NCBI GenBank assembly: GCA_001000675.1
Contig: LCHW01000003.1
Coordinates: 67,873 to 131,872 of the forward strand
DNA from: Candidatus Wolfebacteria bacterium GW2011_GWE2_44_13
GTDB lineage: Bacteria; Patescibacteriota; Minisyncoccia; UBA6257; UBA9933
DNA: 64,000 nt
Direction: 5' to 3'
Below, in pieces: positions 9,248-18,244 of this stretch (positions are counted from its first letter, which is position 1; each line of letters starts with the position of its first letter). The notes beneath the pieces are model-generated. The model did no database searches and was not told the origin of the DNA. It saw only the letters and a program-made list of their open reading frames with translations. The position numbers were made by a program, and so were the translations under genes.

Positions 9248-10561
9248 TTAAAACGTTAATAATTTTTCAAACCGCTCCTTATCTTTAAAAGGGCCAATGA
9301 TTGCAAGGTTAAGGCCCTCGTTCTTCACAATGTCTTTTGCGACTGCCTGTATCTGTTCTGCGGTTACTTCTTGCGTTTTTTGTATCAACTCCTCAGGGCT
9401 CATCATCTTATGCTCTAACACCTCCTGAGAGCCATAGAAACCAGCCCATTGATTTGATGTTTCGAGGCCTAATACTAATCCGCCAATTAAGTGCTCTTTT
9501 GCTCGTTCTAATTCTTCGGCACTTACCGGCTCTTCAGCCATGCGCTTTAATTCGCCGATAATTGCGGTGATTACATCGTCTATTTTTTTATGATCGATGC
9601 CTGCGGATATATCTAAATAGCCATGATCGGTTGAAAGGTCTGCTCCCGAACCAATGTAATATGCAGCGCCCATTTCCTCCCGAACCTTTTGGAACAGCCG
9701 CGAGCTCATACCGCCGCCGAGAATATCGGTAAGCAATTCTATTGCATATTTTCGCTCGTCGAATAAATCAAACGCGCGCACCCCCATAACCAAGTGCGTC
9801 TGGTCTGTTTCTTTTGTTGTTAATACAACGCGCGGCTTGTCTTGCGATTCCAACGTCTTCTCTTTTGTTCCTTTTGTTCCTGTCGTGATATCTGCAAAAT
9901 ATTTTTTTACACCTTCAATTACTTCCTGCTCATCGAATGCTCCGGCAACAACAACAATCGTTGCATCGGCAACATAGTGCGCTTTGTGATACGCAACAAA
10001 ATCGTCTCGTTTAATGGCACTTACCACATCTTTGCGCCCTGCGATTGGCCAACCTGCTGGCTGATCCCCATACAATAATTCTACAAAAACATCCTGCACT
10101 TTGCGCATCGGCAAGTCCTCCATCATATTAATCTCCTCAATAATAACACCCTTCTCTTTATCTATTTCTGTTGCGTCGAATTTTTGATTGAGATAAATAT
10201 CCGAAACCACGTCTAAAATTAGCTCAAAATGTTTTGGCCGTGCCTTTGCATAATACCCTGTATATTCTTGACTCGTGAATGCATTGTATGAAGCGCCAAT
10301 ACCATCAAGCTCACTCGCAATGGAAAAAGCCGTTGGACGCTTCGCTGTACCCTTGAAGCACATATGTTCCAAAAAATGCGAAATACCATTCATTTCTTTC
10401 GTTTCATATTTTGAGCCCGTTTCGACAAGCACCAATACGGTCGTTGCCAAACTCGCCTCTTGGGGCGCTAAAATAAGTCGTAATCCATTGTCCAATGTCA
10501 GTTTCTTCATATTCCATTCATTATACACACTCCGGTCAATGAGGGAAATAAACCCCCGCAC
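9248..10561 (-). CDS. M16 family zinc peptidase (insulinase/pitrilysin-like)
   Basis: 437 aa. Inverted zinc motif HFLEHMCFKGT near the N-terminus. Two-domain M16 length. Confidence 0.85.
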   Translation of the reverse strand: MRGFISLIDRSVYNEWNMKKLTLDNGLRLILAPQEASLATTVLVLVETGSKYETKEMNGISHFLEHMCFKGTAKRPTAFSIASELDGIGASYNAFTSQEYTGYYAKARPKHFELILDVVSDIYLNQKFDATEIDKEKGVIIEEINMMEDLPMRKVQDVFVELLYGDQPAGWPIAGRKDVVSAIKRDDFVAYHKAHYVADATIVVVAGAFDEQEVIEGVKKYFADITTGTKGTKEKTLESQDKPRVVLTTKETDQTHLVMGVRAFDLFDERKYAIELLTDILGGGMSSRLFQKVREEMGAAYYIGSGADLSTDHGYLDISAGIDHKKIDDVITAIIGELKRMAEEPVSAEELERAKEHLIGGLVLGLETSNQWAGFYGSQEVLEHKMMSPEELIQKTQEVTAEQIQAVAKDIVKNEGLNLAIIGPFKDKERFEKLLTF

Positions 10562-10685
10562 TAATTGTAAATATGTTTGCCCTCGAAGCCGTCACTAGGA
10601 CTCTCGGTAATAATTCCCTTTATGCTTCGCTGAATATATCCACTACGGCAACTTATTGCTTCGCAATCTACAATTAGTGCGGGGG
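10553..10685. promoter_or_regulatory. 17-bp inverted repeat (CCCCGCACTAATTGTAA ... TACAATTAGTGCGGGG) enclosing about 95 bp in the leader of the M16 peptidase gene
   Basis: Seen directly in the sequence. The arms sit at about 10553..10571 and 10666..10685. Confidence 0.4.
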
Positions 10686-10693
10686 TAAAAAAA

Positions 10694-10711
10694 GCGCACC
10701 ATATGGTGCGC
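10694..10711 (-). terminator. intrinsic terminator GCGCACCATATGGTGCGC downstream of the sigma factor gene
   Basis: Perfect palindrome with an adjacent A/T run. Confidence 0.6.
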
Positions 10712-10718
10712 CCTTGCC

Positions 10719-11945
10719 TTATCTATTTTCTTCTCGCTTCCGAGGACGCTTACGCTTCTCCTTTTTTAGTCCTCTCATTTTTCTTAATGCGGCTACTTCA
10801 ATTTGACGAATGCGTTCTCGTGTTACCCCGAGCGAGATGCCTATCTCATCAAGCGTTTCGGTTTCTCGGCCTTCAAGCCCGAATCGCCGCTGGATAACCA
10901 TCAACTCCGTTTTCGACAACCGCGCAAGTGCAGGCATGAGTATTTTTTCTTTCATTTCCTGCCTGTAAACATTATCCTCGGGAGAAGGACGCGTGTCGGC
11001 AATCGTATCCCCCAGCGTTCCCTCTTCCCCCTCAAAGATTTCTTGATCGAGGGAATGTGTATTCAGCCTCACCTCTAATTGCTCCGCTGCGCGAAGACGC
11101 CCCCTGAGAGATGCTTCCACCTCCTGCTTGCTAATGCCTGCTTGCGTGTTATTGAAAAGGTTCGCCCGAAGTGCTTCTTCTACGAGCTCCTCAAAGCATG
11201 GCATTCTTCCTAGCTGAGCAGCCATCTGCGCAATCATGCTTCTTCGTCGATTAAGGAATTCTTCCATGTGCACAGGGACGCGAATGCTTCGCACTTTATC
11301 CATAAGTGCGCGTTCGATTGCTTGCCGTATCCACCACGTTGCATACGTAGAAACCCGGCAACCGGCTTCCGACTTAAACCTATCGATTGCCTTAATCAAA
11401 CCAATATTCCCCTCTTCGATTAAATCATCGATGAGCATTCCTCGGCTCCTGTATCGCTTTGTTATTTTTACAACTAAGCGAAGATTGCATGCGATAAGAG
11501 TGTCACGGCTTTTCTCGCATCCTGCTTCTTTTTTAAGGACCAAGCTTCTTTCCTCGTCTGCTGATAATAACACGCGCTTGTTCACATCCTTCATGTACGC
11601 GTCGATAGCGGAAACCGACGATTCGATTATTTCCTCTTTTTCAATAAGGAATCCTCCAAAGCCGATCTCACCCTCGTCCTCATTTTCACCTTCATCGTCG
11701 CCTTCTTCGTCTTCTAGCTCTTCTTCTTCTGACCAGTCATCGAGCTCAACCTCTGCAAGTTCTTCCCCCGAAGGCTCCCTTTCGTCACTCACAACTGAGC
11801 TCGACTTTTTTTGTTCATCGAGCACACCATTTTTTACAGGCTCTGGTGCGGGTGGTTTTTGCGCAATCTCTAATTCACTGAAGCATACCATCCAGTCCGT
11901 ATCATCAAGGACCAGCATTCCGCTTTTATGACCTTTCATAGCCAC
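10719..11945 (-). CDS. rpoD: RNA polymerase sigma-70 family factor (RpoD-like, acidic region 1.1, regions 2-4)
   Basis: 408 aa. Acidic DEEGDDEGENEDEGE stretch. Region 2 YATWWIRQAI. Region 4 LDEIGISLGVTRERIRQIEVAALRKMR. Basic C-terminal tail. Confidence 0.85.
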   Translation of the reverse strand: MAMKGHKSGMLVLDDTDWMVCFSELEIAQKPPAPEPVKNGVLDEQKKSSSVVSDEREPSGEELAEVELDDWSEEEELEDEEGDDEGENEDEGEIGFGGFLIEKEEIIESSVSAIDAYMKDVNKRVLLSADEERSLVLKKEAGCEKSRDTLIACNLRLVVKITKRYRSRGMLIDDLIEEGNIGLIKAIDRFKSEAGCRVSTYATWWIRQAIERALMDKVRSIRVPVHMEEFLNRRRSMIAQMAAQLGRMPCFEELVEEALRANLFNNTQAGISKQEVEASLRGRLRAAEQLEVRLNTHSLDQEIFEGEEGTLGDTIADTRPSPEDNVYRQEMKEKILMPALARLSKTELMVIQRRFGLEGRETETLDEIGISLGVTRERIRQIEVAALRKMRGLKKEKRKRPRKREENR

Positions 11946-12034
11946 TCCCCTTTCGCATTAAATAGATTTTAAATGCTGCTAGTCCCATACAATCACGTAG
12001 CTCTTACTCTGTCAACTTTAAGGTAACAAAAAAA

Positions 12035-12055
12035 AGAGCGCACCTGGGTGCGCTC
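12035..12055 (-). terminator. intrinsic terminator AGAGCGCACCTGGGTGCGCTC downstream of the second sigma gene
   Basis: GC hairpin preceded by an A-run on the plus strand. Same GCGCACC..GGTGCGC core as the terminator at 10694. Confidence 0.6.
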
Positions 12056-12059
12056 GTTG

Positions 12060-13244
12060 CTATTCTACCTCTCTCCCTTTATTAGGGTTGATAATTTCTA
12101 CCTCACCCTCCCCATTTAAAACAATCCGCTTCTTCAATATTCTCAACACCTTGTTTTGGATTTGACGAACCCGCTCTCGAGTAAGGCCGCCGAGAGCTTG
12201 CCCAATATCATCAAGCGTCCACTCGCCATACACAACGCCGTACATTGCTTGTATTACGAATCGCTGTTGAGGGGGTAACTCGCTCGTTGCCTTTTTCCGT
12301 ATCCATCCCCCTCGATTCGCCGCCGATTCAAGCACTGCTGCCGGTGCATGCAATAATCGCAGCGCTTCCAACTCCAGTATTTGCACTTCTTCGTGCGTTA
12401 CTTTCATAAGTTGCGCAATCGTTTCAGTTGGCAATGGATCGTCATTCAATCCAAACCGCAACACGATTACCCATCTATCCCTCAGTTTAAATGAGTTAAT
12501 CGTCCCCAAGATTTTTTCGCGCAAGTCGTCATCGCCAAGTGTTTCGTCTTGCAATGGTCTTTCATCAGGGATGGGCATCTCCGTGTCATCGCCATCTTTG
12601 TCCAGGCCAAATGTATCAATCGAAACAGATGGCATTACGCGATATTGCAAATATTTTCTTTGAGCACTCGAGAGGCCTGCTTCCTTGCAAATTTCCTCCT
12701 CGGTGCTTCCCACCTTTTTTTGATGTATGAGACGCAACGATGCGGTGCGATATTTACCCAGAACTTCGTGTGCATGCGCCGTCATTCTCACTACATCCCT
12801 TTTATTTATGATAAAACGCTCTATATACTGTTCTATCCAGTGCGCCGCGTACGTCAATAACGTACACCCAAATGTTGGATTGTACTTCATGATCCCCTTT
12901 CGCAATCCAAGGGACCCCTCACTAAATGCATCAAGAAAAGGGACGCCATATCGATTAGCGTACCGCCAAGCGATTTTTACAACAAATCGCAAGTTAGTTT
13001 CAATAAGCTTATTAAGAATCCGCTCATCTCCCGTTTTTTCGTATTGCGCCAGAAGTCTTTCCTGTACTGCTCGCTCTAAAATCGGAAATTTACCGATATC
13101 ACGCATAAGCAATGCGTTGAGGCTAATTTCTTGCTTCCACCCCTTCTTGCCATATACGGCCTGCCCCATATCATCTTCATCCCCTCCTGCTGGGTGTTGC
13201 GTGTACGTAACTACTACATCCTGACTTCCATCATCTTCGTACAT
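12060..13244 (-). CDS. sigma-70 family paralog with two region-4-like HTH modules
   Basis: 394 aa. Region 2 LTYAAHWIEQYIERF. First region-4-like LRDRWVIVLRFGL...ETIAQLMKVTHEEVQILELEALRLL. Second LPPQQRFVIQAMYGV...TLDDIGQALGGLTRERVRQIQNKVLRIL. Confidence 0.8.
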   Translation of the reverse strand: MYEDDGSQDVVVTYTQHPAGGDEDDMGQAVYGKKGWKQEISLNALLMRDIGKFPILERAVQERLLAQYEKTGDERILNKLIETNLRFVVKIAWRYANRYGVPFLDAFSEGSLGLRKGIMKYNPTFGCTLLTYAAHWIEQYIERFIINKRDVVRMTAHAHEVLGKYRTASLRLIHQKKVGSTEEEICKEAGLSSAQRKYLQYRVMPSVSIDTFGLDKDGDDTEMPIPDERPLQDETLGDDDLREKILGTINSFKLRDRWVIVLRFGLNDDPLPTETIAQLMKVTHEEVQILELEALRLLHAPAAVLESAANRGGWIRKKATSELPPQQRFVIQAMYGVVYGEWTLDDIGQALGGLTRERVRQIQNKVLRILKKRIVLNGEGEVEIINPNKGREVE

Positions 13245-13387
13245 CGCTAATCCCCTTTCAAGGTAGGTTAATTTTCAATATTACTGACTCCATACAACCA
13301 CTTGGCTTGCATTATGTCAAATATTTTTCTTCTCCCTCGGGTATTACAAAAAGGCACCGCGTAATGCGATGCCTTTTTGTTTATATG

Positions 13388-13458
13388 TCGGGGTGCCGAG
13401 AATCGAACTCGGATCTTACACTCCCGAAGCGCATATACTACCATTATACTACACCCCG
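13388..13458 (-). tRNA. tRNA-Pro (anticodon CGG), no encoded CCA
   Basis: Reverse-complement: CGGGGUG acceptor, anticodon loop UUCGGGA (same as E. coli proK), T-arm CCGAG-UUCGAUU-CUCGG. Confidence 0.75.
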
Positions 13459-13529
13459 CTAGAAACTTTAGCGCTTCAGAACAAATCTTCTGTATTATTG
13501 TCTAAATTTTATTTTTATACAAGTACGCT

Positions 13530-15002
13530 TCACACATGAAACTGCTTCTTCATTTCATGTTCAATACCCTCTTCAAATTCGTCTTTTGTTTCTTTCGCCT
13601 TTTTGACCATCGCGTCTAATTCAGATTCACTTAATTCATTTAATTCGGTCACGCGGCGCTTTAATAGCACCTGCTCATTCTTAAATGGATCTTCGATTAC
13701 TTCCTCAAGCAACACAGCGAGAATCTTCCCTATCTTCGGCCCTGGCTTAATAGTAAGCAATTCCATAATTTCCTCACCATTAATCTTAATCATCTTCGGC
13801 GATATTGGGTCGCGCTTTACCTTTTCTATCATAAACAACAGATGGCGCAATTTATACGGCACTGCTTTCGGCACACCCGAACCGATGCGATCTGCTTCGC
13901 GCACCTTAATAAGATCATCAATTGACTCAGGACCAACCCGCGCCAAAAATCGGCGCACACCTGCTGGACTTACTTCTCCTACGTTGTAGTAGAACATGTG
14001 GTACCGAATGAGATGGATAATATTTTCCGCGATATGTTTTGGAAAATGTAATCGATCGAGCATGCGCGTCGCAATACGTGCCCCAACTAATTCATGATTA
14101 TAGAACGTCGAGTGCTTCCCGTCCCCTGCTTTTGTTTTTGGCTTTCCTACGTCATGCAACAATGCAGCGAGTCGTATCTCGAGTTCGTATCCTTGTTTTA
14201 CCGCATACTCAAGCGATTTTAAATTATGCTCCCATACTGAATAAATGTGGTGCTCGTTTTGCCCCACACCAATACCATCGCGCAACTCAGGCATAACAAA
14301 ACGTAGCAGACCTGTTCGTTCTAATTCTTCTATTCCCTCCACCGCTTTTTTTGTTGCTATGATTTTAATAAACTCATCGCGAACACGTTCTTTTGCAATC
14401 ATCTCTAGTAACCCCGCGCTCTGTTGCAACGCTTTCTCGGTATACTCTTCAATAACAAAGCCAAACTCAGCAGAAAATCGCACACCGCGCATAAGACGCA
14501 GCGCATCTTCTTCAAATCGCTTTAGTGGATCCCCTACTGTTCGGATGACTCCATTCTCTAAATCTTCCCTGCCTCCATAGGGATCAATTACTTCGTTTGT
14601 ATCGATATCATACGCCATCGCATTGATCGTAAAATCACGACGTGATAAGTCGTCTTCAACTTTGTCGGCGAAGCGCACTTCATCAGGATGTCGCTTGTCG
14701 GAATATTTTCCCTCGATGCGAAATGTTGTCACTTCGACAATTTTGAGCTTCGGATCTTCGCTGTCTGTTTTAATGGCGACCGTGCCAAAATTATTCTCAT
14801 ATACGCTTTCTGGAAATAACTCTTGAATCTTCTCTGGACGAGCAGCTGTGGTAATATCCCAATCTTTTGGTTCAACACCGACAATCATGTCCCGTACGCA
14901 CCCTCCTACTAAATAGGCCTCAAATCCGGCTAATTTTAATAAAGCGCAGATGGCTCGCGCTTCTTTTGGTATTTCAAATTGTTTCTGTTCCTTTTTACGC
15001 AT
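13530..15002 (-). CDS. cca: CCA-adding tRNA nucleotidyltransferase with HD domain
   Basis: 490 aa. GGCVRD...DWD head domain. RDFTINAMA. C-terminal HD (LLHDVGK). Confidence 0.85.
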   Translation of the reverse strand: MRKKEQKQFEIPKEARAICALLKLAGFEAYLVGGCVRDMIVGVEPKDWDITTAARPEKIQELFPESVYENNFGTVAIKTDSEDPKLKIVEVTTFRIEGKYSDKRHPDEVRFADKVEDDLSRRDFTINAMAYDIDTNEVIDPYGGREDLENGVIRTVGDPLKRFEEDALRLMRGVRFSAEFGFVIEEYTEKALQQSAGLLEMIAKERVRDEFIKIIATKKAVEGIEELERTGLLRFVMPELRDGIGVGQNEHHIYSVWEHNLKSLEYAVKQGYELEIRLAALLHDVGKPKTKAGDGKHSTFYNHELVGARIATRMLDRLHFPKHIAENIIHLIRYHMFYYNVGEVSPAGVRRFLARVGPESIDDLIKVREADRIGSGVPKAVPYKLRHLLFMIEKVKRDPISPKMIKINGEEIMELLTIKPGPKIGKILAVLLEEVIEDPFKNEQVLLKRRVTELNELSESELDAMVKKAKETKDEFEEGIEHEMKKQFHV

Positions 15003-15067
15003 TCTTGCTTGACGAATCTTGTCTTTTGTTGATTTCCATTATACACTATACAAGTTAAAAACATAAA

Positions 15068-15144
15068 GCACCCGTAGCTCAATTGGATAGAGTAGCTGCC
15101 TTCGAAGCAGTTGGTTGGGGGTTCGAGTCCCTCCGGGTGCACCA
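15068..15144 (+). tRNA. tRNA-Arg (anticodon UCG), CCA encoded
   Basis: GCACCCG acceptor. Anticodon stem GCUGC/GCAGU with loop CUUCGAA. T-loop UUCGAGU. 3' CCA present. Confidence 0.8.
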
Positions 15145-15202
15145 AGTTATATTGACGACCTCTTTTTGTTTGTACTATACTAACTTGGTATCTATTTTAT
15201 AC

Positions 15203-15274
15203 GCCCCTGTAGCTCAGCCCGGTAGAGCACCTGCCTTTTAAGCAGTGTGTCGATGGTTCAAATCCATCCGGGGG
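15203..15274 (+). tRNA. tRNA-Lys (anticodon UUU), no encoded CCA
   Basis: GCCCCUG acceptor. D-stem GCUC/GAGC. Anticodon loop CUUUUAA. T-loop UUCAAAU. Confidence 0.8.
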
Positions 15275-15338
15275 CACATAGTCAATTCATATTAATTGAC
15301 TAACAATAACAGTTTCTCTATGATGAGGACGTTATAAT

Positions 15339-15414
15339 GCATCTCTAGCTCAATTGGTAGAGCAGGGGCCTCTTAAGCCCAAGGTTCCGGGTTCGATTCC
15401 CGGGGGATGCACCA
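15339..15414 (+). tRNA. tRNA-Lys (anticodon CUU), CCA encoded; abutted by recombinase gene
   Basis: GCAUCUC acceptor. Anticodon loop CUCUUAA. T-loop UUCGAUU. The 3' half is overlapped by the end of the 15350..17077 ORF. Confidence 0.8.
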
Positions 15415-17077
15415 CATGGGTTTCCGCATTGTCGGAAGCCTTAGAAAGCTGGAAAATCCAAGTCAATTTGGGTGTTCCATTACATATTTCTTCATACGTT
15501 GGAGTTTCTTCAAACACAAGCCCGAATAAGGCCTGTTGTTGCATGATATTCGTTGTGTTTAACAGCATTTCCGCGGGGTGTTCCATTATTTTTTTCGCGT
15601 CCCTAATAAAGTCGTCGATATCCCGCTCGGTGATCTCCATCTTGTTCCGTTCGGTTTGAGCACTTCTCATTCGTCGATCAATTGCTTCTATTTCTTTTTC
15701 TATCACTTGCCTGACCACGTCACTACCGGTGGCAATAAATGCCTTCACGGCTTGTGCCTTTTCTGCTTCGAGCTCGGACACATTAAGGCTGACTTCTGAC
15801 GCAACCTGCATAATCTCCCCTTGTCTCTCTCGGTAGCGATCAAGCAATACAGTATGCAAGCTGTTTATGATTTCCGGCTGAAAGTGTAGGTCGTTAATAA
15901 ACTTTTCGACAGATGCGTCAAAAGTCTCTTTTTTTATTCCAATATATTTGTGATCTCGGGCGCAGTGGTATGTCGGAAATCCCGCCCCGCTTTTACCCTT
16001 CGGAGAACTACCCAAAAATGGCTTCTTACAAATTGGACATAAGATACTCTTGTATGGGAACAGTGGGTTATTCCGCATGCGTTTATAAACAACGAGATCC
16101 GGGTGGTAATCATAGAGTGCCTCCAAAAAGTCCCCGTCTTTGCGGATAAATACTTTCCCCCTATTGGCAGCATTAAATGTCTCTATGGATACAAGCCCTT
16201 CATAAGCCGCCTTTACCGGCTTGTAATTCGTCCACTTCTCTACCAGAACCCCACAATAGATAGGCTTTCTTATGTGCTGTTGTAGTTTTTTAACATTTAA
16301 GACGCACTCTCCCGTTTGCCCAATTATTTCTTGATGGGTCGCCTTATCAAATTTGTTACGGAGCTTAGTTCTATACCCCATGGCATTTACCCTATCGACA
16401 ATCTCAATATCCGTGTACTGTCCCAATGCCCTCATTTCAAGCATGGCTATATAATACTTCGCTCGTTCAGGATCTGCGACTTGAATAGTACGCTTCTTGC
16501 CTCCAACATAAACCTTTTTATTAATATATCCATCTTGTGGAGCATTTGCCTTATACCCTTGTTGGGTTAGCCAAATTTCCTGTCCTATCATCCGTGTCAG
16601 GATTTTTGTAACCTCATCTTTTGCCGTTGTAGCAAGGACCACTTCCGATACTTCGCTCGGGGAAGATTGGCTCCACTCATATCCGAATCCATAATTTTCA
16701 AGCGTATTATAAGATGGCTGAATAATTCCATTCGTATCAAACATCTCCACCCCTCGCTTCATGAGTTCTCGCTTTATAAGTCCGTAAGCATCGGCTCCTC
16801 CTCGAGTACACCTGTCAATCGCCTTAAATACATAGTACTGAACTTTGCCGGGATTTTTATCAATAAAAGCGAGTATCTCCTGAAAAACAGGCCGCTGCTT
16901 TTTCCTTCCCGAAAAGCTTTCAAGCCATGGATCGTGCATAAGCTTCCACCCTTTTGCAATCGTTATTCTTTCACAGTTTTTGCTTTGCTCGCCCAAACTC
17001 TCCCCTTCTTGTGCCTGTTTAGTAGAGCTCACACGGCAGTGTATAATACAACCTTTTTGTTGATTATCTTTATTCAT
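15350..17077 (-). CDS. large serine recombinase (integrase); last ~22 codons are read-through of tRNA-Lys
   Basis: 575 aa. Catalytic IIHCRVSSTKQ resolvase domain. Recombinase domain. Zn ribbon CPICKKP...YHCARDH. Coiled coil. The C-terminus ..VVHPPGIEPGTLGLRGP is tRNA sequence. Confidence 0.8.
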   Translation of the reverse strand: MNKDNQQKGCIIHCRVSSTKQAQEGESLGEQSKNCERITIAKGWKLMHDPWLESFSGRKKQRPVFQEILAFIDKNPGKVQYYVFKAIDRCTRGGADAYGLIKRELMKRGVEMFDTNGIIQPSYNTLENYGFGYEWSQSSPSEVSEVVLATTAKDEVTKILTRMIGQEIWLTQQGYKANAPQDGYINKKVYVGGKKRTIQVADPERAKYYIAMLEMRALGQYTDIEIVDRVNAMGYRTKLRNKFDKATHQEIIGQTGECVLNVKKLQQHIRKPIYCGVLVEKWTNYKPVKAAYEGLVSIETFNAANRGKVFIRKDGDFLEALYDYHPDLVVYKRMRNNPLFPYKSILCPICKKPFLGSSPKGKSGAGFPTYHCARDHKYIGIKKETFDASVEKFINDLHFQPEIINSLHTVLLDRYRERQGEIMQVASEVSLNVSELEAEKAQAVKAFIATGSDVVRQVIEKEIEAIDRRMRSAQTERNKMEITERDIDDFIRDAKKIMEHPAEMLLNTTNIMQQQALFGLVFEETPTYEEICNGTPKLTWIFQLSKASDNAETHVVHPPGIEPGTLGLRGPCSTN

Positions 17078-17099
17078 GCTTGTTTTTTAGATAATAATC

Positions 17100-17297
17100 T
17101 TATCCGCCCTCATTCTCTCTATTATGCTGTAATTGTCCATTAAATCCAGCTTTTCTGGTATTGTTTCTTTCCAGCCACTGATCAAAAATTGCATCAGCCA
17201 TTCGATATTCCCAATCATAAAGTTGCCTGACCTGTTCTTCGGTTAAGCGTTCTCCGTAAGCGCCCAATAGATTTTTAAAATCAGTGATTGAAATCAT
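17100..17297 (-). CDS. hypothetical small protein adjacent to the integrase (possible RDF/Xis-type, speculative)
   Basis: 65 aa ORF directly upstream of int. No recognisable motif. Confidence 0.25.
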   Translation of the reverse strand: MISITDFKNLLGAYGERLTEEQVRQLYDWEYRMADAIFDQWLERNNTRKAGFNGQLQHNRENEGG

Positions 17298-17840
17298 ATT
17301 GTCGATTGATTGAAGACTTCGATTTATCTTTTTATCGCCGACCGCCTCACAATCCTTATCGTTCGCCTTAGCGCTTGGCTTATTAGCAAGGCGCGTATTC
17401 TATCTCTTTGTCTCTTTCCGCCCCACACGGGGCGATTTGTCCCCTATTTATGCCGTCCTTGGCGGCGTAGGAACCAAAAAAGCCCCCAAGACCAAACACA
17501 ACTCTTGGGTTATGTTCGATCTTGGAGGCTTTCCGCTCAATTACTATTTTAGTAACTAATCAGTGCTAACAGTTCTATGCCGACAAAAGACTGTTTGAAA
17601 GCGGCCCTACTCTTGAATTTACTGTATACGGGCTAAGCTAATAATCAACGGTTTTATAAGCACTGATTCTTGAAGTATTCTATTGTTCTTTCTTGAATTA
17701 AGTATAACACGCTACCCCTTTTATGTAGCATAAAACGAGGTAATATTCCCATTAAATGTGGGCGCGCAGACTCTTGACAGATTTATTTCTGACACCTTCT
17801 AAGCCGGCGGACCAGACTTAAATGCATTTTCGAATTCATA

Positions 17841-18230
17841 TTATTTCCTTCTCGTCTCCCTCGTTTTTTTCTCAAGATATTCGCTATCCATGGCCATTTT
17901 CCAGCCTTCTCGCGCGTGTAATATGAAATTAGGAATGTTAGAAACGACGGTAATCCCGAGGATTCCCCAGAAAGCCACTATTTCAATAGTTGCATACCCT
18001 AATTTAAACCACTCGACACTTACATAGTCGATGCCCCAGAGTAAGACACTTACAACAATTAATGTGGCCATGTGCAACGCAAACCCTCCCAGATTAACGG
18101 CAATTTGTTTTCTTCTAATAACTCCAATGAGGGCAACGACCGCTGCCACAAAACTTAGCCATGATTGCATAATGAGTCTTGCCGCTGCCCATCCAAGAAA
18201 TATAGCGATCACAATCCTTATAATTAGCAT
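17841..18230 (-). CDS. small membrane protein with about 4 TM (holin-like)
   Basis: 129 aa. Hydrophobic helices. Charged C-terminal tail KKTRETRRK. Immediately upstream of the secreted PG-binding protein gene. Confidence 0.4.
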   Translation of the reverse strand: MLIIRIVIAIFLGWAAARLIMQSWLSFVAAVVALIGVIRRKQIAVNLGGFALHMATLIVVSVLLWGIDYVSVEWFKLGYATIEIVAFWGILGITVVSNIPNFILHAREGWKMAMDSEYLEKKTRETRRK

Positions 18231-18244
18231 GTCTTTTATTATTT

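Noticed and set aside
11236-11931. 231-aa plus-strand ORF rich in Ser runs (SSSFSPSSSPSSSSSSSSS)
   Set aside because: It is antisense to the acidic region of the sigma-70 gene. Its low-complexity poly-Ser is the mirror of poly-Glu/Asp codons. It is not a gene.
14936-15145. 69-aa minus-strand ORF (MVHPEGLEPPTNCFEGSYSIQLSYGC)
   Set aside because: It is a translation of the tRNA-Arg gene sequence. The same applies to ORF 15354..15659 over tRNA-Lys.
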